From NCBI GenBank assembly GCA_048886685.1, contig JBHLKM010000015.1:32001-96000 (forward strand): a DNA stretch of 64,000 nucleotides. Reading direction: 5' to 3'. The notes under the pieces are model-generated. The model searched no databases, was not told the DNA's origin, and worked only from the letters and a program-made list of their open reading frames with translations. Made by a program: the position numbers and the translations under genes. Positions 1 to 9,230 of this stretch are shown piece by piece (the stretch's first letter is position 1; every line of letters begins with the position of its first letter). This DNA is from Candidatus Hodarchaeota archaeon. Its GTDB lineage: Archaea; Asgardarchaeota; Lokiarchaeia; Sigyniarchaeales; SOKP01.

Positions 1-219
1 TTTTATTTTCTGAATTAATGAATCACTGTTCTCTTCAATGGTTTTGATCAATAATAAACACTCATTATCCTCCTCAATTTCTCCTTTCCATCTATATATT
101 GAAGAAATATTTTGAATAACGTTTACACATGCTACAAGTTTGCTTTCCACTAAATTCCTAGCAATTTTGTGTCCTTCATCAATATTTGGAACAGTTACTA
201 AGAAAAGATAACAACTCAT
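1..219 (-). CDS. cutA: Divalent-cation tolerance protein CutA (3' end outside window)
   Basis: Manual translation from ATG at 219: MSCYLFLVTVPNIDEGHKIARNLVESKLVACVNVIQNISSIYRWKGEIEEDNECLLLIKT. The LVACVN, SIYRWKG and LLIKT motifs are typical of CutA. Confidence 0.9.
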   Translation of the reverse strand, partial: MSCYLFLVTVPNIDEGHKIARNLVESKLVACVNVIQNISSIYRWKGEIEEDNECLLLIKTIEENSDSLIQKIK

Positions 220-313
220 TTTATATCTTCATTATATTTATAGTTCTGATTAATGTACTACTGGACATCAATTTATTTAAGATTTATTTATAGAAGGAGA
301 AAAGAATAGTAAA

Positions 314-529
314 TTGAAATTGAAAGTTAGGAATATTAGTTTATATGTTTCCATTGATTCAAATATAGTTGCTTTTATAGCTTCTGATAACTTTTTTTCT
401 ATGGAACCTAATGAAACTAGGGATATTGATATTGAAATCGTTAGGAGTCTTGAAAAAGTAAAAGATCATTCGAAACAGGAAATTATAAAATCTTTCAAAA
501 TTCAATCTCTTTATGATATCATTAAATAA
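314..529 (+). pseudogene. Orphan C-terminal Ig-like fragment resembling GH2 beta-mannosidase
   Basis: 71 aa with SDNFFSMEPNE...IQSLYD, resembling the SDN(Y/F)FDLxPGE C-terminal domain of beta-mannosidases. There is no room upstream for a catalytic domain because cutA is divergent. Confidence 0.5.
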
Positions 530-628
530 ATTTCATTTTTTTGTAGTAGATGAAGAGATTTAAATTATCATAATCCTATTAAATATACATTAAGAATAAA
601 GTTATAAAATATTGTCGAGGTCTTATAA

Positions 629-1354
629 TTGCTACATAATTTTTACTTGATCCACCAATATACAGGAATCTGTTTAATCCATAGGAAATATGGAAGTATA
701 GAATTTAATCAAGATTTAGTGAGTGGTTTTCTCACAGCGCTTAAAGATTTTTCAGTTGAATTCTCTAAAGGATCAGGAGAATTGAAGGTGATAGATATGC
801 AAGTATTTTATCTCCTGCTTGTTTTTAAAGAGGGTGTGTTATGTACAGCAGCAGCTGATAAGAATGATGACGCTAAAATCACTCATAAAGCGCTAACTGA
901 TATTATCGATCGGTTTGTCGCAAAATTTGGTGATCAGCTTGAGGGCTGGTCTGGAGATGTTCGCATCTTTCGAGATTTTGAACAAGTTATTGATGAGATT
1001 TTAAAAGTAGGAAAAGTTGCCGAGATCCAACTTAAAATACCAATCTTGAAAATTTTCAAGAAGGATTTCCTGAAATCTCAGAAACTAATTGCCAAGAAAG
1101 GGTTAATCTTGTCAGAGGAAGATTTACGGGAGGTGAAGGATGTGAAGCCAGAGTGGACAGCCAAACGTTTGCCGAAACAGGTGATTGCGCAGGGAGTTTT
1201 AGATGAAGAGGAATTTGATATTGCGCATTTAGCGGACGGATTTCACACGATTGCTGACATTGCAGAGGAATCGGGTCGTCCTGAGGCAGAGATTCAGAAG
1301 ATAATGAACAACTTAGACAAGTTAGAACTTCTCTCATTTGTAGAAATTAAATAA
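629..1354 (+). CDS. Longin/roadblock-like domain protein with C-terminal winged helix
   Basis: N-terminus FYLIHQYTGICLIHRKYG...DLVSGFLTALKDF resembles Asgard longin-like domains. C-terminus LADGFHTIADIAEESG...LDKLELL resembles a wHTH. Confidence 0.6.
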   Translation: MLHNFYLIHQYTGICLIHRKYGSIEFNQDLVSGFLTALKDFSVEFSKGSGELKVIDMQVFYLLLVFKEGVLCTAAADKNDDAKITHKALTDIIDRFVAKFGDQLEGWSGDVRIFRDFEQVIDEILKVGKVAEIQLKIPILKIFKKDFLKSQKLIAKKGLILSEEDLREVKDVKPEWTAKRLPKQVIAQGVLDEEEFDIAHLADGFHTIADIAEESGRPEAEIQKIMNNLDKLELLSFVEIK

Positions 1355-1501
1355 TTAAATTAGCTTCTTTTAAGAGATTCTTTTCAATTATTACTTTGGT
1401 ATAATATTTTTAATGTCTAGAAGTTGATTAATTTCATAACTAAATTCAAAATCAAATTTTAAAATATTATAATATTAAATGAAAATATTTTTGAAAATTA
1501 A

Positions 1502-2992
1502 TTGACTTATAATTTTAAGATGAATGTTAATAAAGTTGCGGAGAATATTTACGAGATTCCTCCTAAAACTTTGATGGCGAGGATTCAAGGGAATATAGAG
1601 AAGTTCCAAATGAGAGTTCCCGTTAAAATTTATGCAAATGCTTATATACTAGAGAAAATAAGACAGGACCGCACATTAGATCAAATAGCTAATGTAGCAT
1701 GTTTACCAGGTATACAAAAACATGCCATAGCGTTATCTGATGCTCATCAGGGATATGGATTTTGTATAGGTGGCGTTGCTGGAACTGATGCAGAGACAGG
1801 GATGATCTCACCTGGAGGTGTTGGTTATGATATTAATTGCGGTGTACGATTATTAAGAACGAATTTATTCCTCAACGATATAAAAAATGTGCTTCCAAAT
1901 TTATTAACTAACATTTTTAATAATATCCCCTCTGGTTTAGGGTCAAAAGGAAAACTAAACATAAGTTATTCTGACTTAGATGATGTTTTAAATAATGGAG
2001 TGAACTGGGCTTTAGAAAAGGGGTATGCATTTGAAGAAGATCTAAAGCATTTAGAAGAAAACGGATGTTTGAAGAATGCTAATGCAGACTTAGTGTCGCA
2101 GAAGGCAAAACAAAGAGCAATTAACCAACTTGGTTCTTTAGGAAGTGGAAACCATTTTCTTGAAATCCAAAAAGTAGATCAGATCTATAATAGAACAATT
2201 GCAGAAAAATTAGGAATATTTGAAAAAAATCAAATTTCTGTAATGGTACACACAGGAAGTAGAGCATTAGGACACCAAGTTTGTTCAGATAGCTTACGAA
2301 ATATCGAAAGAGCAATGAATCAATATAACATAAAAGTACCAGATAGAGAATTAGCATGTGTACCGGCAGATAGTCTTGAGGCTCAAAATTATTTACAACA
2401 GATGGCAAGCGCTGCCAATTTTGGATTCACTAATCGTCAGTTAATAACTCATTGGTTAAGGGAATCCTTCCAAAAGGCATTTAATAAGGATATTGATGCT
2501 TTAGATATGCATATGATTTATGGTGTTTGTCATAATATTCTAAAGATAGAGGAACACGAGATAAATGGTAAGAAAGTGAAATTAAATGTCCATCGTAAGG
2601 GAGCCACAAGAGCGTTTCCACCAAATCACCCAGTCTTACCCCAAGATTATAAAAATATTGGTCAACCTGCATTAATTCCCGGAACTATGGGATCTGCCTC
2701 CTATTTATGTGTAGGCAAACCAAAAGCTATGGAATTATCTTTTGGATCAACTGCTCATGGATCTGGACGTGTTATGTCTAGATCAAAAGCTATAAAAAGA
2801 TATTGGGGTACTAAAGTAAAAGAAGATTTGGGAAAGAAAGGGATATTAGTAAAAAGTGCTTCTATGAAGGTTTTAGCAGAAGAAAGTCCTGGTGCTTACA
2901 AAGATATTGATCAAGTCGTTCAAGTGAGTCATGATCTAGGAATTGTTGAAAAAATTGTAAGGCTCGTCCCGGTAGGCGTTGTAAAAGGGTAA
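1502..2992 (+). CDS. rtcB: tRNA-splicing ligase RtcB
   Basis: DAHQGYGFCIG, GYDINCGVRL, GSGNHFLE, HTGSR, HRKGAT, STAHGSGR and AYKDI motifs. Confidence 0.97.
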   Translation: MTYNFKMNVNKVAENIYEIPPKTLMARIQGNIEKFQMRVPVKIYANAYILEKIRQDRTLDQIANVACLPGIQKHAIALSDAHQGYGFCIGGVAGTDAETGMISPGGVGYDINCGVRLLRTNLFLNDIKNVLPNLLTNIFNNIPSGLGSKGKLNISYSDLDDVLNNGVNWALEKGYAFEEDLKHLEENGCLKNANADLVSQKAKQRAINQLGSLGSGNHFLEIQKVDQIYNRTIAEKLGIFEKNQISVMVHTGSRALGHQVCSDSLRNIERAMNQYNIKVPDRELACVPADSLEAQNYLQQMASAANFGFTNRQLITHWLRESFQKAFNKDIDALDMHMIYGVCHNILKIEEHEINGKKVKLNVHRKGATRAFPPNHPVLPQDYKNIGQPALIPGTMGSASYLCVGKPKAMELSFGSTAHGSGRVMSRSKAIKRYWGTKVKEDLGKKGILVKSASMKVLAEESPGAYKDIDQVVQVSHDLGIVEKIVRLVPVGVVKG

Positions 2993-3007
2993 AAACTTAT
3001 TTAATCA

Positions 3008-3445
3008 CTAGATATCAAACACTATATCAATTTCAACTTTATTCTTTTTTTCTTCAATATTCATAAATGAATAAGTAATTGCTTTTACTTCTGTACCTAT
3101 TTCGTGTTTATTTTTATCGAATTTTTCCCCCTTTACTACAGCTTTAAGTTTATATTTCTCTTCTATTTTTTCAATAGATTGTACTGAAATATAACTAAAG
3201 ACTAATTCTTCTACGTCAAATAAGTAAAGAAACTCTGATAAAAAGTCAAAACATAATGCATATTTATCTTCTGATTCTATCTCAATCTTTTTTTCGATAT
3301 TTGTTGAAATGAGTGTCAAATTGGGAGTTATAGTCGCCATTAAACTTAATGCCGTTTGGGAAAAAGCATCCTCCAAAGTTTTACCCCAACTTTTGACTCT
3401 TACGTCTGCAGTATGATCTATAAATTCAAAACCGGCTCCTTTCAT
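3008..3445 (-). CDS. Archease (RtcB activator)
   Basis: FEFIDHTADV N-terminus, EVKAITY and C-terminal VFDI; convergent with rtcB. Confidence 0.95.
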   Translation of the reverse strand: MKGAGFEFIDHTADVRVKSWGKTLEDAFSQTALSLMATITPNLTLISTNIEKKIEIESEDKYALCFDFLSEFLYLFDVEELVFSYISVQSIEKIEEKYKLKAVVKGEKFDKNKHEIGTEVKAITYSFMNIEEKKNKVEIDIVFDI

Positions 3446-3563
3446 AATTCCATAATAGTATAAAAAGAATCTGATGCAGATTGATTTTTATTAATTATTA
3501 ATTATTTTGACTAAATAAGTGAATTTCTGAGTACTTTTTATTTTTCCCTAAAGAAATTTTGAT

Positions 3564-4067
3564 ATGGGTTTTTATACAATAATCGATGATTTATATTTCT
3601 ACCAAATGCTTTCATTTGTGAGGAAATATAGTAATTTTGAGCTTAAATTGAATAAGTATTTTTATAATAAAACAAATGGAATAATTCCAGAATTTATTGT
3701 GGTAATAAACAAGTATATTTTTTTCTTTGTAAGGAAAGATAAATATTTTACCTCCAAAATATATCTAAGCTCTATTAGAAGGGAGATTTCACCCAATAAG
3801 GTGTTGATTATAAGAGCTGAGAATGTCTTTATTAATTTGTTATTTAGTTTTTTTCCAGATGTATATATTCATGATATTAGAATAGAAAATGATAATAGCT
3901 CAGGAAAACGAGAAATTTCATTATATTTTTTAAATTACAAAGATAGGGGTATCGCAATTGGGCGACAAGGGGAGTATATTAAATGTTTAAACGAATTGTG
4001 CCGAAGATATATAATTCTAGAAAGTAAAATAACACCACTAGAAATTAAATGTAAAGTTTTAGTTTAA
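3564..4067 (+). CDS. NusA-like KH-domain protein (divergent paralog)
   Basis: KDRGIAIGRQGEYIK is a KH GxxG motif as in the second KH of archaeal NusA. The first KH lacks a clear GxxG. Confidence 0.65.
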   Translation: MGFYTIIDDLYFYQMLSFVRKYSNFELKLNKYFYNKTNGIIPEFIVVINKYIFFFVRKDKYFTSKIYLSSIRREISPNKVLIIRAENVFINLLFSFFPDVYIHDIRIENDNSSGKREISLYFLNYKDRGIAIGRQGEYIKCLNELCRRYIILESKITPLEIKCKVLV

Positions 4068-4072
4068 AAATT

Positions 4073-4840
4073 TCAGTAAGGGACAGACTTTAAACCTACT
4101 AAATAGGCAACGGTATTAGCAATAATACTTACTGCCGGTGTTATAATTATTAGAAAAATGAAAATATGAATATCAGGAAATAGAAATATTGTTGGAGAAA
4201 TAAAACTAGGGATCAATATAAACAGTAGTGCAATTAAGGCGAAATCTAATTGATCTACAATCCAAAATGGTGCTCCACTCTTAATATCAAATCGTCTTTT
4301 TAAAAAAGAACCGATTAAATCTCCTAATACAGCGCCATAAGATCCTAATATAATTCTTATTATTAACACTAAGAAATTCATTGGAAATTCTCCACCAATA
4401 AAATAATATTGAAAAACTTTAAAATCATTGTAGAGCAAATATTGCCCTTCTCCTAAAGCTTTAATTATTAAATCTTTTATCGGTTGCCAAAGAATGAAAA
4501 AAAGTAGAAAAATCATAAATGAAATAGGAATACCCACATACAAAGGTCCTTTTAAGCCATTAACAGTCTTATGGTCTCCTAATATCCTTCTTCCATCTCG
4601 AAAAAATTTACCACCATCAATTGGACGACCTCCACCCGTTATAACCATTGAAGCATTTGAAAGGTAAGCAGGAACAATCAATAAAAGTGAAAAAATCAAT
4701 AAGCTAATCCAATCTGCCCATGAAAAAAATACCGATATAACTAAGAAATTTACTATGAGCAAACTGGCAAAAAAAAGAGCAAGTATAAATGCAATCCTTT
4801 TATTCCGCTTTTCTCTTTCTAAAGTTTCAGTCGCTATCAA
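4073..4840 (-). CDS. carS: CDP-archaeol synthase
   Basis: PAYLSNA, PIDGG...DGRRILGDHKT, GDLIGSFLKRR and DQLDF motifs; multiple TM segments. Confidence 0.92.
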   Translation of the reverse strand: MIATETLEREKRNKRIAFILALFFASLLIVNFLVISVFFSWADWISLLIFSLLLIVPAYLSNASMVITGGGRPIDGGKFFRDGRRILGDHKTVNGLKGPLYVGIPISFMIFLLFFILWQPIKDLIIKALGEGQYLLYNDFKVFQYYFIGGEFPMNFLVLIIRIILGSYGAVLGDLIGSFLKRRFDIKSGAPFWIVDQLDFALIALLFILIPSFISPTIFLFPDIHIFIFLIIITPAVSIIANTVAYLVGLKSVPY

Positions 4841-5116
4841 ATTGTTCTATTATCCTATTTTACCAAAAAATCATAAAAAACTGAATACTTAAACAAATTC
4901 TCGATTAAATTAAATTCTTATTAAACCTATTTTTATTAACTAGATCTTAATAAATATTGCTTCATAAATAATATTCTTTTAAAATACCGACAATAATTAT
5001 ATAATTTATTGAAAAGATTATTCAAAATCAGATATTAAAGCTTTAACATTTTTCTATTAAATTAAAGATTAATAATTAACTTTATAAATGCAATAGAAAT
5101 ATTACATAATACAGTA

Positions 5117-5129
5117 TTTCGAGTGGAAA
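5117..5129 (+). promoter_or_regulatory. ORB-like (mini-ORB) Orc1/Cdc6 binding site in AT-rich intergenic region; candidate replication origin
   Basis: TTTCGAGTGGAAA is one mismatch from the ORB core TTCCAGTGGAAA. It lies 40 bp upstream of cdc6 in a 328 bp AT-rich gap. Confidence 0.5.
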
Positions 5130-5168
5130 AAAAATTCTCTTATTAAAATGAATCTCTTGGTGCCATAA

Positions 5169-6476
5169 TTGTTGAACAATCATGAAAATAATTATCAATT
5201 TAACATCGATAAATTTTACAAGAATTATCTTAAAGGACCAAAAATTTTCAATAATCGCAACGCATTAGAACCTTCGTATATCCCTGATATTTTACCTCAT
5301 CGGGATGTCCAAATAAAAGATATTGCTGAAAAAACTGCATGTGCTTTATTAGGGGATGCCCCTCCAAGTTTCTTATGTTATGGTCAAACTGGGACGGGAA
5401 AAACTGCTACTATAAGATACGTGAGTCAAAAGTTAGCACAGCAAAACTCAGAAATTAAACCTTGGTGGATTTATATTAATTGTAATGTTGTTTCAACTCC
5501 TTACCGTATTTTAGCTCATATATATAACACAATCTCACGAGATGAGAAAATTCCACCGACAGGACTTCCAAAGGATATAATTTTTAAGAAATTACTTGGT
5601 TTACTAGACTCCAGATTGGGGGTTTCAATATGCTTCTTAGTGTTAGATGAGATAGATATTTTAGTAGATAAAAAAGGTGGAAACGAAATATTATATGATT
5701 TAACCCGATTAAATGAAAATTTGGATCATTGCAAATCCAGTTTAATAGGTATCTCTAATAAATTAAAGTTTAGAAATAATTTGGATCCCAGAATTTTGTC
5801 GAGTTTAGGAGAAGAGCATATAGTTTTTCCTTCTTACGATGCAAGTGAGCTTAGAGATATTTTAAATGAGAGAGCAAAAATTGCATTTCACAATAATGTT
5901 TTAAAGGAAGATGTAATTCCTTTATGTGCGGCATTAGCTGCGAAAGAACACGGAGATGCGAGGAAAGCACTACAATTACTAAGAAAAGCTGGAGAATTAG
6001 CTGAAAGAGCTCAAAGCAAGATTGTAACATCAAAATATGTCGATAAAGCTCAAGAGGATATAGAAAAAGATTATATCATGGAATACATAAAAGGTATGCC
6101 ACTCCAAGCCCAATTAGTTTTAACTTCAATATATTTAATCTCAAAATTTAGTCCTGATCATATCATAATTTCTGGAGATATTTATGACGTTCATTCTGAA
6201 ATAAGAGGATTGATCCCTGGAATCCGTCAATTAACTAAACGGAGGATTAGTGATTACATAAATGAATTGGCTCTCTCCGGTATAATTTCTGCTGAAGTTA
6301 AATCTATGGGACATTATGGTAGAACTAAGATAATTAAATTTGATATTGAAATAGATATTATTGAGAGAGTTCTATATGGAATTGATAAAATTCAAGGCAT
6401 TCTAGAGCATAAACCGATATTATTACAAACAGATAAAGTTAAATTGAAAAATAACATTTTTAAGAAATTAATTTAA
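5169..6476 (+). CDS. cdc6: Orc1/Cdc6 replication initiator
   Basis: YIPDILPHRD, Walker A GQTGTGKT, Walker B LVLDEID, HGDARKA and C-terminal wHTH with GHYGRT. Confidence 0.97.
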   Translation: MLNNHENNYQFNIDKFYKNYLKGPKIFNNRNALEPSYIPDILPHRDVQIKDIAEKTACALLGDAPPSFLCYGQTGTGKTATIRYVSQKLAQQNSEIKPWWIYINCNVVSTPYRILAHIYNTISRDEKIPPTGLPKDIIFKKLLGLLDSRLGVSICFLVLDEIDILVDKKGGNEILYDLTRLNENLDHCKSSLIGISNKLKFRNNLDPRILSSLGEEHIVFPSYDASELRDILNERAKIAFHNNVLKEDVIPLCAALAAKEHGDARKALQLLRKAGELAERAQSKIVTSKYVDKAQEDIEKDYIMEYIKGMPLQAQLVLTSIYLISKFSPDHIIISGDIYDVHSEIRGLIPGIRQLTKRRISDYINELALSGIISAEVKSMGHYGRTKIIKFDIEIDIIERVLYGIDKIQGILEHKPILLQTDKVKLKNNIFKKLI

Positions 6477-7156
6477 GAACTAAATTCCCACTTATCAACG
6501 TTATTCGCTAAGTCTTGGAGGAAAAACTCAGCAGAGTCTTCATTTTTCTCTTTTAAAAGTAGGAATAATCTTGTAAGATGTTTGCAAAATTGTTTGTTCT
6601 TACTCCTTCTTGTTTCAAAATCGTGGCAATTGTGTTTCAATAATTTATTATTTATATCAATTTCGATAAAATATGGTTCTTCTTCTGAGCCTGAAACTGT
6701 CGATTTCATAATGCCTTTTGTAGTATCTATTTCTTTTATTTTAAAATCATTACTTGATATGTTTGCTGCCCTATTTATTGTGCCCTTATCAGCAAAAGAT
6801 TTCAATAAAACGTTAAAACGTGTTGAACCCTCTTTTTCAATACTACTTATCATTTGAACGTTCTTTTTAGCGAGATTTATGTTATCCAAAATCTCATTTC
6901 TTCTTTTTTTTTGCCAGAGTGTTAATTTCTTACGCAGAGAATCAGATAGGCTAAGTGTTCCATTATCATTTTTGGTTAATACTTTGCTTTTGAGGCAATT
7001 TTCAACAAATACAATTGCTTTATCAGGAGGAATTAAAAACAATTCATATGAGATTTTATATAAAAGGTTATTTAGTGCAATAGAGGGTAAATCAATTGTT
7101 TTCCAAATATATAATAACAATTGTGTATTATCTCCACGAGGAATTGCTATATTCAT
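6473..7156 (-). CDS. SWIM zinc-finger protein
   Basis: V.GSEEEPY.IEID...HNCHDF...FCKHL fits a SWIM-type finger (HxC variant of CxC...CxH). Confidence 0.7.
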   Translation of the reverse strand: MNIAIPRGDNTQLLLYIWKTIDLPSIALNNLLYKISYELFLIPPDKAIVFVENCLKSKVLTKNDNGTLSLSDSLRKKLTLWQKKRRNEILDNINLAKKNVQMISSIEKEGSTRFNVLLKSFADKGTINRAANISSNDFKIKEIDTTKGIMKSTVSGSEEEPYFIEIDINNKLLKHNCHDFETRRSKNKQFCKHLTRLFLLLKEKNEDSAEFFLQDLANNVDKWEFSS

Positions 7157-7195
7157 AAGTTAGTATAATTTTTTATCTTTTATTAAATTGAATTA

Positions 7196-8989
7196 TCATA
7201 CCTTGATCTTAAGGTCTAATTGCGTTCCTTTCAAAGAATCTAAATCAATTATTGATAAAATTCCTGGTGTAGGGTGGATTCCTAGAGAATTCATAAAATC
7301 TGTTTGACTTTGAAAACAGCCCGAATTAACTAAAGTAATATTATTATAAGTACCCATATCATTAACATGAATGTGTCCTGTGTGAAAAATATCTGGTATT
7401 TTATCTATTACAAGCCAATCTTTATTAATAGGTGCTATTTGAGTTTTTTTACCATAAACAGGAGCTAAATGCCGACACTTTAAAAATTCTTTCATTGTTT
7501 CAACGGATTTAGTGTTCTCCATTCCAGGAATCAACATATTTATGTCAAGGATACTATCTCCATGGAATATTAATGTATTTACATTATGAGTGTTAATAAG
7601 TGAAGGATTTCCCACACATCTCACCCCTATATTAATAAGCCCCTCTGAATACTTTTTAGGTACAGCAGGTCTAGGAATAGCATTTCTTACAGGCTCATGA
7701 TTTCCAGAACTATAAAAAATCTTAATATATTCGGGAATTCCCGAGAGTAATTCTGCTGCCTGCTCGAATTGCTTATAAATATTAGATATTAAAAGATCGC
7801 TTCTCTGAGTTGGGTAAACGCCTATTCCATCGACTAAATCTCCATTTATTATGATATATTTAATTCTACCAGCTCTCTCTCTTTGATTTTTATTTCCTAT
7901 TTTTCCATTTAAAAAACTTATAAATCTCTTCCATAATTTTACTTCAAATTCTTTACTACCTATATGGGTATCGGAAATTAAAGCAATCGATAACGGGTCA
8001 CTAGATTTGTTTGGTTCATAATCTCTGGGAATATCAATTTTAGTTATATAGTTCCCATAAATTATACCGGATTTCCCTTTATCACCCGGATTATAAGTGC
8101 CCTCTATATAAACCATCTGATCGTGTAGAGTCCTTTCAGCGATTTTTACATTATCTTGATTTTCTGTGTCTTTTTTAATCACTACATTTATTAAACCAGT
8201 GAGATCTTCCAATGTTAATAGGTAAAATCCATTTTTAGTTATTCTAATTTCGTTTACAAGACCAAGAATAGATACTTCTACTTTATTAGATAATCGTAAT
8301 ATATTATTGATATTATCAGCATTGTGGACCTCTGTTCTTTTTCTCATTAGTTTTTGAAGTTTATTGAATTTATCAAATGTTAAATCATAAAAATCTTTAT
8401 AATCTCCATTGGTATACAATTTTCCAGTAGGATCCTTTAAAATTTCAAATTGAGAATTGTATTCTTTTGCTATAGGAGTAAATTTAATTGAAGATCTAGC
8501 ACCTTCTATTAATTTAATTTTAGTTTTTTTATCAACTCCCAAATTCAAAGATTTATCATTCTGTTCCATTGTTGGAAAAAGTTGTTGTTTAAGGTCATTA
8601 TTTATCATAGTTTCACTAGAAATTTCAATTTCTTTACTCGGATTTGGTTCGCTTTCTTTTTGTAAATTATTTAATTGTAACTGCTTTTGGACTTCATTAC
8701 TTTTATCTTTTATCCTTAAATCCTCTTCATCAGAACTTATTTCTTGCTTAATGAGTTTTCTTTTCACGATATTCTTTATTTCTTCATTAGATATTTTATT
8801 TAAAATGTTTTGAGTTAAGTGACTCTTGAAACTAGCTATAAAACTCGTATCTTTAATTATTAGGTTAATCTTATTTAAAGGATTATCTAATTCTAAGATA
8901 AAGTCTAAAAGAGAAGGAGTGATATTTATACCCGAATTCACTAGCTTTTTTACAATGATTCTTTTTACTATAGTATTTTCTGCTCTCAA
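7196..8989 (-). CDS. polB: DNA polymerase D small subunit DP1 (proofreading exonuclease)
   Basis: OB fold (LEDLTG) plus metallophosphoesterase motifs SDTHIGS, GDLVDGIGVYP, GNHE, HGDS, RHLAP and GHIH. Confidence 0.95.
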   Translation of the reverse strand: MRAENTIVKRIIVKKLVNSGINITPSLLDFILELDNPLNKINLIIKDTSFIASFKSHLTQNILNKISNEEIKNIVKRKLIKQEISSDEEDLRIKDKSNEVQKQLQLNNLQKESEPNPSKEIEISSETMINNDLKQQLFPTMEQNDKSLNLGVDKKTKIKLIEGARSSIKFTPIAKEYNSQFEILKDPTGKLYTNGDYKDFYDLTFDKFNKLQKLMRKRTEVHNADNINNILRLSNKVEVSILGLVNEIRITKNGFYLLTLEDLTGLINVVIKKDTENQDNVKIAERTLHDQMVYIEGTYNPGDKGKSGIIYGNYITKIDIPRDYEPNKSSDPLSIALISDTHIGSKEFEVKLWKRFISFLNGKIGNKNQRERAGRIKYIIINGDLVDGIGVYPTQRSDLLISNIYKQFEQAAELLSGIPEYIKIFYSSGNHEPVRNAIPRPAVPKKYSEGLINIGVRCVGNPSLINTHNVNTLIFHGDSILDINMLIPGMENTKSVETMKEFLKCRHLAPVYGKKTQIAPINKDWLVIDKIPDIFHTGHIHVNDMGTYNNITLVNSGCFQSQTDFMNSLGIHPTPGILSIIDLDSLKGTQLDLKIKV

Positions 8990-9230
8990 GGTTTACTATT
9001 CCACAATTGAATTGTATTAATTATTATTTAACAAAATTAAATCATTTTTTATTAAAGGAAAAACATAATTTCTATTTATTTCAGTAGAGTGTAATAAATT
9101 AACATTCTCTTGATATTTATAAATGAAATAGCTGATTAATAAATGGATTTAATTTATAGTAGGAAATAACTATAATAATATCGTTAATAATTACTTTATA
9201 CTTGGAATAACTTACTAGAAAGGGTACATT

